A stretch of DNA of 64,000 bases from Sminthopsis crassicaudata. Its lineage: Eukaryota. The position numbers and the translations under genes are program-made. The notes below the pieces were generated by a model, which worked only from the letters and a program-made list of their open reading frames with translations, ran no database searches and was not told where the DNA came from. Where the stretch lies: contig NC_133623.1 of NCBI RefSeq assembly GCF_048593235.1, positions 1,178,001 through 1,242,000 of the forward strand, in the 5' to 3' direction. Positions 55,401 to 64,000 of this stretch are shown piece after piece. The first letter of the stretch is position 1. Each line of letters begins with the position of its first letter.

Positions 55401-57585
55401 GCCCTTCAGAGGCAGCTGGGAGCCAGCTTAGGGTTAGGAGGTATGTCCTGCACAGCGCTCGTTAGAGAGAGGAGAAAGCCAAGGCTCCAAGGGAGTTTGA
55501 AACGCTGATTCCGTCGCCTCCCACGTGCCCTCGAGGAAGCCTTGCCGCTATAAGGCCTTCGGTTTCCCTCTCTGTAAAATGTCTGGGTTATACCTGGAGA
55601 TCATGCATGGCTTTTCCCTTTCCCACCCTCACCCCAAGAGCTTCCTAGGAAGGATGTCCAGAAAGGGTTACACAGAGAAGGCACTGGGTCCCCTATCTCC
55701 TTCCGCCCCATCCGAGCCTGCCGGTGGGCACAGACAGAAATGGGCAGTCCTGCTGTAGGCCTTTGAGGCTCGGCCCTGAGCAGTCCTTAGTGAGGGCTGA
55801 GCTTCAGTGCGCCTTCCACATGGGCCAGAGGTTCTTAAGGTTCCCTTCCGTGGCCTCCCCGGTCAGAGTAAGGCTGAGGGAGAGCCAGAGTCCGGCATTG
55901 AGTGTGTGCCCGCAGGTACGGGGACATGGTGCCCAGCACAATTGCAGGAAAGATCTTTGGCTCCATCTGCTCACTCAGCGGGGTGCTGGTCATCGCCCTG
56001 CCGGTGCCCGTCATCGTGTCCAATTTCAGTCGAATCTACCATCAGAACCAGCGAGCTGACAAGCGCCGGGCCCAGCAGAAGGTGCGCTTGGCGAGGATCC
56101 GAATGGCTAAGAGTGGGACCACGACAGCCTTCCTTCAATACAAGCGCAACAGGGGCCTGGAGGTGGGTCTCTGCCCTGGGCGGAGGGCGCTTTTCCAGCA
56201 CTGCAGCCCCTCCTCACCAGTTGAGTGAGATGGGGGCTCCGAAAGCTGGGGATGGGGGGAAGTGAGGCTGAGGGTCTGTTGCTAGGGTGACCCATCTGAT
56301 GCTCTACCCGTGGCACTTTAGGACCAAGATGGTGCCGAAAGGCCTGCCCTGAACACACGAAGCCGCTCGGCTTTTGAACAGCAGCACCATCACCTTCTGC
56401 ACTGTCTGGAGAAGACCACGGTGAGACCCTTCCTCATGCTCTCTCTGCCCCCCCCCCCCCCCGCCCCCGCCCCGAGTGCCTGGGCGCTACCTTGGGCAGC
56501 CGCAGCCTTCTCCCTCTGCTCCAATGGAGTTCCCAATGTGCAGCCTCCCAGACTGTCTGACCCCTGGGGGGGCCTCCCTCACTGTGTCTTCCTTGGGTCC
56601 CCCCCGGCCCCCGCATCGCTCCCGGATGCTGACCCTCCTGTGTCTTTCTCTCGCCCCTCCCCCCAGTCCCATGAGTTCACAGATGAGTCTGCCTTCAGCG
56701 AGGCGTTAGGAATTGTTTCCCTAGGTGGTCACACCAGCCGCAGCACCTCCGTGTCTTCCCAAGCCGTCATGGGAAGTGGCACTCGGGCTAGCGGTCTGAT
56801 CTCCTCCTGCTGCCCCCGGCGGACCAAGCAGCGCCGGGCCATGCGCCTGGCCAACTCCACGGCCTCCGTCAGCCGAGGCAGCATGCAGGAGCTGGACACT
56901 CTTGCTGGGCACCACAGCCCAGGACCCCAGAGGTAATGTGACCCCTAGGCTCTGGGGCTAAGGAAGTGAAACTTGGGGGAGGGGGCTCCAGGTGCTGCTG
57001 GGGCAAACGAGGCTTTATAGACTTAATGAAAACGGAGCCACCAAGGAGCTCAGGGACTGTTTGGGCCCAGGGCCCTGCCCACAAGGCCAATCCCTCCCAC
57101 TAAGATGAGAATTCAGAGCAAAACACATCCTCATGGAGCGTGAAGCGTCCCCACTTGCTGAGCCTTTCCTGGCCCGAGGGTTGTAGTTAGCACTTATGGG
57201 GGCAGGGATTGCACCCACTCACCTGAGGTGGGCCGCCACAGGGGCTGTGGAGCTTGCAGCTGAGCCCCGGGCTGCAGCAGTCCTGAAGGGTTGGGGGATA
57301 ATCCGGGTCCTTCTGCTTCCATCCACCAGCCGGGCCAGCCTCAACGCCAAGACTCGAGACAGCCTGACTCTGAACTGCGACAGTCAGGACCTGGTGGCGG
57401 CCATCATCAGTATCCCCACCCCCCCGGCCAACACTCCAGATGAGAGCCTGCCACGTTCGCCTGCCAGTGCCAATGGAGAGGGGCCAGGAAGACCCTCAGG
57501 GGGCAGTGGTGGGGAGACCCTCCGGAACTCCAGTCTGGGTCCTTCTTATCTTCTCCACAACACTGTCAAAATCTCCTCCCTGTGA
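52450..57585 (+). CDS. KCND1: Voltage-gated potassium channel Kv4.1, intact, 672 aa
   Basis: Exons 52450-52785 ([22 protein letters not shown]1), 53263-54077 (S1-S5, S4 [18 protein letters not shown]), 55916-56162 (YGDMVP, S6 PVP), 56322-56420 ([12 protein letters not shown]), 56667-56932, 57330-57585 (TVKISSL*). 2019 nt with no frameshift. Confidence 0.97.
52801..52821 (+). repeat. (CTG)7 microsatellite in the extra KCND1 intron
   Basis: ctgctgctgctgctgctgctg, starting 15 nt after the donor. Confidence 0.9.
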
Positions 57586-58714
57586 CTGGGGTGCTTCCCC
57601 CTCCTTTGGGGTGTCGCTTCCCTGCCGTATCTGGAGGGGGCAGAAGGTGAGGCAGATGAGGGGCCCACGGCCCTTCTCTTCCCACCGAAAGCTATGCAAT
57701 GAGATGTTTTGGTATTGGAGGTGGGCCCCCATCACTGCCCTTAACGGGACAATTTGGGGGTGCGACGGATTGGAGGACGGTGGGGTCGGGAACTTATCTG
57801 ATCGAAGGATCAGCTGTGGGGAGGGTTGGGTCCGATCTCCCCTCTTCTCGGACCCCAGAGACACGAACATCAGCAGCTGGGATGGCCGAGGATGAGACCT
57901 GGGTGGGGGGGGGTCACTGTGTGGGCCTGGCCGTCAGGGCCAAGGCCGCTGTGGCCTGGATCTTCTCCGGGATTTTTCACCTGTGAGACGGGAAGGCGGC
58001 CCCGGGGGACGATGCAGGGCTCAGAGTGCTCGCTCAGTACCTCTCGGGGATGTGTTAGCACCTGGCCTGGCAGAGGCTGCCCTCAAGATGGCGGCGATAA
58101 CAGAGGGACCCCTCTGCTTGTCTCCTCATGGCTCCCGCCTAGGAAATGTCATTAGACTGCTGTCTCCTTAGTGAATGGCTAGCTCTCTCCTTGGACTTCC
58201 TTTTCTTTATCTGGAGGACAGCTGACTAAGTGGCCCAGTGAAGGGGGAAGCCTTCCCCCATCCCCTCCCGTCATCCTCAGGCATGGAGATCAACAGAGGC
58301 AGAACGGCCGAGAGGGATCCACTGTGTTGTGAAGAGAAGCAGAATTCTGGCCCGGCTGGGAGGGAGGCCCAATGTCCTGCCTTTGGAAGTCCGCTCCCCC
58401 TCCCCCCCCCCCATATGAAGCAATAGCTCCCGACTTGGCTATTCGATGCAAAGAGCTCCTGGCTATTCCTCTGATTTGTCCTTGAGATCCAAGTGAATTA
58501 TTGGTGAGGCAACTAAGGGCACCCGGCCAGGAGGAGGAGGTGCTTTAAGGTCTCTCCTCAGTATCTCCAGAGCTCTTTGAGCCTGCCTCAGTTTCCCTTC
58601 TGTGTCCTAGATCCCCTCTATCAAGCTGCCTGCTTGCCTGCCTCCTGGCACGTCTCAGGTTTCCCCACCTGCCCCATGCTTGAAGCCAGTGGCCTACTGG
58701 ATGCAGTTTAAACC

Positions 58715-58720
58715 AATAAA
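58715..58720 (+). terminator. Probable KCND1 polyadenylation signal (AATAAA)
   Basis: Canonical hexamer about 1.1 kb after the stop and before the OTUD5 CpG island. Confidence 0.6.
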
Positions 58721-59199
58721 AACGCACACAAACCAAAGGAGACCTTGGCCCACGAGTGGGGATGGAGGGTGGGGCAACTGGGGAGGGGCGGACTGGAGGT
58801 GACATCAGAAAGGGCTTGAGATGGGTTAGACCAGCTGGGTCTCAGCTTGCTTATCTGGAACATGGGTCTGATCCTTGATTCCCTGGCCAGTGGTGTTCCC
58901 GACAAGGCTTAGGGCGAAGGCTCGATCCACCTGGAGAGAGGGCTGGGGGAGGCTTCGGGCAGCCCAGTGCGGCTGCCCGCTTTAGAGACTTCAGCCAGGT
59001 ACTGAGGATGGTTTCGGGAGGGAGAGGGAAGGCTGGCTGGTCCTTGGCGCCCAGGCGGGAAGCAAAATCAAGGTCACCCAGCCGGCATTTCGGATGGTCT
59101 ATTACGTGCAGGCTCGGGGCGAAACACGAAAACCCCTCTATTCCCCCCCCCCTCCCACTCTGGGGTACGAGGTGCACCGAGGAGGGGCAGGGAGAGGAG

Positions 59200-60664
59200 G
59201 GGGAAACGGAGGAGAGCCGGGCTTCAGGACGCAGAGAATTTGGCCGCCAGTAGGGGGCAGCATGGACCGCCGAAATACCGAAGGGGGGGAGGGGAGACGA
59301 GTCGGCCGAAGTGGCGGGCGGGACCCAAAGGGGGGAGGCGTGGGCGGAGCGAGCCTCTCCCGCTTGACTGACAAGCTAGGGCGAGCCACGAGAGGAGAGC
59401 GTAAACTTTGGCCGGTTCTCGGCAGCCGGACCAGCGACGGAGCTAGGGGAGGAAATGACGTTGCGGCGGCGCGTGGAAGACGCACTGTGGCAACTCGCCA
59501 GTCCGGGAGGGGGCAGGGCCGGGCGCCCGTGGTCGAGTTTGTCCTCTCTTTCCACGGCGCTTTCTCTCAACCCCCGGCCGGGGAAGTCGCAAAGACTTAC
59601 GTGCCCTCCACCGCCGGCCCAGACGGGCCTCGGGCCCGGACTTACCGCACCCCGACCCGCTCTCCGCCCCGCCCTTCTCCCTGCCCCGTACACAGCCCTC
59701 GATCTGAGACAGGGGCGGGACAGAGAATAAAAAGAGGAGGCGGGGCTTGACTCCTGGCCAGCGCGCCTGCGTGCGCCGCGGAGGCTGATCCGTCGGGTCC
59801 GGGTGTTTGTTTTTGTCAGTCACCTGGTGGAGCGGGGCGGAGCTTCCAGACTCCGGAATCGGGAGGCAGAGAGGAGAAGGAGGAGGAGGAGGAGGAGGAG
59901 GAGGAAAAGGAAAAGGAAAAGGAAAAGCTAGCGGCGGCCGCGGGGCCTACGCCCCGCCCCCCGCCCCCGCCCCCGCCCCCACCCCCACCCCCTTCTTAAC
60001 TTCTGCATCCGGGCCGTCCCTCTCTGCTCGCAGCCTACGCGGTCGGAGCCTACGCAGGCTCTCAGTCTCGGGCCGGTGCATTTCCCAGAGCCTGCTTTTT
60101 TTTTAAGGGGCCGCGGGAAGCCCTTCCCCCACGCCCTGCCTCGACTCCTTCCCCTCCCCTCCTTGCCCCCTCCCAATCCGGGGCCTTGGCCTGGCCCCGC
60201 CCCTGCTCATCCGGGGCCTCGGCCTCTCGCCCCGCCCCTTCTGCCTTCAGTTTCCCGGGGTCCGCCGGCTCCTTTCCGGCCTCCCTTCGCCTGGTCTGGC
60301 GTTGCCCTTCCTCCTCTCTCATCCTTCCCTTCTCTTCCCTTCCCGCCGCCGCCACCTCCCGCTCCTCCTGCGTCTGGCCCGGGCGGCGGCGGCGGCGGCG
60401 GCGAAGGCGATTCTCGGCGTTGCGGCTACGCGGGGCCTGGCGGCTCCGGCCTCTCTTGGTCTCCGGCCTCACCCCTCCCCCAGTCCCCGCCCCGAGCCTC
60501 GCTCGGCTGCGACCCTTATTCCCCCTTGTCGGCCGGACCTCCGGAGGCCCGGCCGGCCTGGCTCCGCCCCGGCCTCGGCCCCGGCGACCCTGAAGGGGCG
60601 TCGGAGCCGGAGCCGCTGAGCCCGAGGCCGAGGCCGAGCTCACCGGCCAAGGGCTAGGAGCACC
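59200..60664 (+). promoter_or_regulatory. CpG island / OTUD5 promoter and 5' UTR
   Basis: CpG-dense, NRF1-like gcgcctgcgtgcgc (about 59763), GC-box array at about 59950-59990, (GGA)n(GGAAAA)n purine tract at 59878-59926. Confidence 0.65.
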
Positions 60665-61257
60665 ATGACCATCCTGCCAAGAAGAAACCTCCACCACCGC
60701 CTCCCGGGCCGCCGCCCGCCGGCTCGGACGCTGATTCGGGCCCGGACGGCGAGCCTGGCGGCGGGCCCGGCGTCCCGGGGGGCGGCGGGCCCGGCGTCCC
60801 CGGGCGGCGGCGACGGCGTCCCGGGCGCCGGACCGTCGTCTGGTGGCCGCCCTCGCGCCTCGCCGCCGCCGCTGGCGCGCTGGGCCTCGGGCGCGGGTTC
60901 CGCGGCTCTCGGCCGCAGGCCTCGCCGCCGCCTCCGGGCCCCGGGGGTCCAGCCTCCGGCGGGGCCGCCGACGCACTCGGTCTGGGCCTGGGCTTGGGCC
61001 TGGGCGCTGGCGGCGGTCCCGGCGGCGGCCCCGGGGGCGGCTGCTGCTCTGGGCCGGGCCACAGCAAGAGGCGTCGGCAGCAGGCCGGCCCCGGCGGCAA
61101 CCCAGGCGGGCCTCCGGGAGGCGGCGTCGGCGGCGTAGGCCCCGGCGCGGGGGGCAGCCCAGAGCGCGACGAAGGTGGCGCCGGTTACAACAGTGAGGAC
61201 GAGTACGACACGGCGGCTGCCAGAGTCGAGGCCATGGACCCGGCCACTGTGGAGCAG
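60665..61257 (+). CDS. OTUD5: OTU deubiquitinase 5 (DUBA), first coding exon only, with three 1-bp indels; gene continues beyond the window
   Basis: MTILP(K)KKPPPP start, RPRASPPP, GCCSGPGHSKRRRQ, GAGYNSEDEY (activating phospho-Ser motif), EAMDPATVEQ|GTACGG donor. 593 nt against an in-frame 594. Confidence 0.93.
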
Positions 61258-61824
61258 GTACGGGCGGCGGCGGGGGTGGGGGTGGGGGCGGGGGTGCTGT
61301 GGGGGGCCGCTGCCGCCGCAGGGCCCCTGCCGCGCCCCCCTCCCGCGCCCTGCCGGCTTTCCCACTTTGCTTACTCGGTGGCCTCCCTGCCACCCCCCCC
61401 ATCTTTGTCCGTTTCTTAAGTCCCCAGAGCCCCTCATCTTTGTTCCCTTCCACAAGCCCTCCTGATTTTCTTACCCCGTGGCCTCCCCCTCCCCCCCTTC
61501 CCTAGGGCCCCCATCTTTGTCCCTCTCCCAGCTTAGTGTACTCCAAGTCACTTGATTGTCTCTAGGCCCCCCTTGTCCTCCAGCTTTTCTTGCCGCGGCC
61601 TCCCGTCCCAGAAGCTTCTCTGGCCTCCTTACTTCTGCGTACCCCCCTTCTTACTTTGCTTTCCCACTTTGGTCCCCAGTCTCCCCCTCCTTTTTTTCCC
61701 TGTCCCCCCCCCTCCAGTCCATTGGGTCCCCTTCCTGTTTTCCTTGCCCCTTGTCCCAGCGTTCCCCTTTCACTCTCCCCCCTCCACTCCCTCCTTTTTC
61801 TATTTTATCCTTGGTCCTCTGGAC

Positions 61825-61855
<31 letters not shown>

Positions 61856-64000
61856 ACCCATTGTTTCTCCCTTGGCTCCTAGATAACTCCTCCCCCTGTT
61901 TTTTATCCCCCCCCACAGCTGCCCTTGAGCCCCCTGGCTTATTCTGTCTCGAGTCCCCAGAGCCAGGCCCCCCCCCCTTGTTCTTCCTTTAGTGCCTGTA
62001 CCCATGTCCCCCTCCCATCTCATATCTTGTGCTCTCCCTGTTCCTAGACTCCTGGGCCTCCCTGCTTTTCTTAGCCCATTCTGGTCCCAGCCCCCCCCTT
62101 AGCTCTTCCCCCCAGGTCCCTAGTGCCTGCCCCTTTTCTTACTCCACCTTTCTCAGCCTCGCTCCTCAGTGGGGGTCCCCCCAAGCCCTTTCTTCTGCCG
62201 TCTCCTGTAACCCTTCTCCTAAAGAGCCTTTCCTTTCTTCCTCGATTGGGCTTCTTACCAGGCTGCAGCCGGCCTCCCTGCTCCCCCCTTCCCATGGCTC
62301 CCCAGGCAGAGCAGGAGAGGGGAGGACAGCGGGATCTGTTTGCTTCTGTACGTGGCCGTTGGAGGCCGCCGAGTGGGTGAGCCTTCCGGCAGTGAGGGCC
62401 TCGGACTGACCCGAAAGGTCCCTCGCGGCCCCCCTCCCCCCACCTTGTGCTCTCCCCTCAGCCCGTGGCCAGCGGGACTTCCCTGGGGACCAGTGGCGGC
62501 CCGTCCCCTAAGTCCTTGTCCCAGAGCGCGAGGCGGAGGAGACGTGCGGACGGGCTGGCCGCCGGTGCTCGGCGCTCCTGTGCTCTGGACCCCCTCCTTA
62601 AAGCTGATCTACACGCTGCCAGCCTCCCAGCTCTAGGAGTTCTTGCCTGGTGCTCCCAGACAAACCTTCTGGCTTTAAGTTCCTCTTGCCCCAAGCCCAG
62701 TATCAAGGGAGGCCGGGCACGCGCAGGGACAGAGGCACAAATGCACTGGGCTGAATGTTTGCGTGCTGGGGGGGGCTGCAGAGCCCCAGCCTCTCGTGCC
62801 GGCTAATAGGGGAGGGCAGATGGATCTCCTCTCTATGTACCTTCTTAGGAGTTGAGGCGTGAGGGCAGGCCTGGGGGGGGGGGGGCTTAGCCTGAGGAAG
62901 AGAGGCTCTGAGGGGAGCCCCCGGAGGTCCCGGATTCCTGCTCCATTTGAGGAGGTCTTTCCTGAACTGCTTCCTTTGGGAGGGGTTGGGCCCCTCCCAA
63001 AACTGAAAGTTTAGTCCCAGAGGGCTCAAGACCTGGAGTTGGGAAAGTCGGAATCCAAATCGAGCATTAGATGCTTCTTAGCTGGCTGACTCTGGGCAAA
63101 TGCCAGATCTTGGTCTGCCTCAGTTTCCTCCTCTGTAAAAACAGGGGCCATTGCTGCTGTTTTGCCTTTGAGTATAGGGTGGCGGGGGCGGGGGGGGGGA
63201 AGGACAAGGACAGAGTAAGAAATGGTGCTCTGGAGGCCAAGAGGAGTTGTTTGCCTTGGTGGGGCGCCCTGCTGGGCACACCTCAGCTTGGATTCTCTGT
63301 TCCGAGCAAGTTTTGGCCCTCCTTAGCTAGGGATGCTTTGGGGTTCCAGAGGAGAGGCTGGATTGAGAGGAGGGGGGGGGGTGAGCCAGTCCCCCACTGC
63401 CTGGGATGCCATAGAAGCAAGCATCCCAAACGAATACGGCCGCCCTTGGTGCCCTTCCCCTACTTCCAGGCCCGGACCGGAGCCTGACCGGAGCCTGACC
63501 ATGGACTTCCCGGGGATATTGGGGTTTTGGTTTTGTTTTTTTTTTCCCCTCCTGCCGAGACAGCGGGAGTCAGCAGTGTACGGAGGGCGATGCCTTCGCA
63601 CCAGCCGGTGGCTGTGTCCGTGCCCCGCTCCCTCGCCATCAAGGCAAGGGGGCTGACCTACGCACCCGAGGCCCTCTCGTTACTGTGTTACTTCTGTTCC
63701 CTCGGTAGCCACACAGGGCCACGGCGCTCACCTGTGGCCGTGGCACACCTTAGGATTCTCTCCGTGACTTTGGACAAAAGCGGGGGTCGGCGGTCAGGGT
63801 CTTTGGGGAGTCAGGGTGTCTCCTGGCTTTGGCTGGGACGCGGGGGGGAGCCGGAGCTAGGACCCTTCTCTTTTTCACTAACGGCAGCCACATCCGCCTG
63901 CCTCGGACCCCACTCTGCCGGGATCGGGGAGTTCCCTGGACTTGGAGACAGCTGGAAGTGTGAAGAAACCGAACTCTCTTGCCACTCTCTCCCCAAGCTG

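Noticed and set aside
59094-61455. Long Arg/Pro/Gly/Ala-rich ORFs on both strands of the CpG islands (e.g. 60062-61453 minus; similar at 36289-37086 and 52009-52944)
   Set aside because: Expected from stop-codon scarcity in very GC-rich DNA; they are antisense or alternative frames of real exons and promoters.

Overview
Marsupial genomic DNA. WSINE1-type SINEs, marsupial L1/RTE LINEs and an OC1-like hAT MITE point to an Australian marsupial, probably a dasyurid. Gene order matches the human Xp11.23 block: CCDC120 (minus, 12.4-16.9 kb), then on the plus strand TFE3 (36.6-42.7 kb), GRIPAP1 (43.5-51.0 kb), KCND1/Kv4.1 (52.5-57.6 kb) and the first coding exon of OTUD5 (60.7-61.3 kb). I rebuilt all exon structures by hand from GT-AG junctions and recalled human protein homology. 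TFE3 and KCND1 are intact. CCDC120, GRIPAP1 and OTUD5 carry ten 1-bp indels, mostly in homopolymers, that look like consensus errors. The most notable observation is the KCND1 structure. A 477-nt intron splits the normally uninterrupted first coding exon inside the T1 zinc-site motif and has a second in-frame acceptor, while an intron shared by Kv4 genes (after RRAQQ) is cleanly absent. Other points: a 33-bp VNTR filling a CCDC120 intron with almost no sense-strand AG, an orphan housekeeping-type promoter at 5-6.4 kb where PRAF2 would be expected, a W-to-L change in the TFE3 bHLH loop, under 0.5 kb between the TFE3 poly(A) signal and the GRIPAP1 ATG, and a nested L1 stack with intact target-site duplications. 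Comparisons with human sequences are from memory and need database confirmation.
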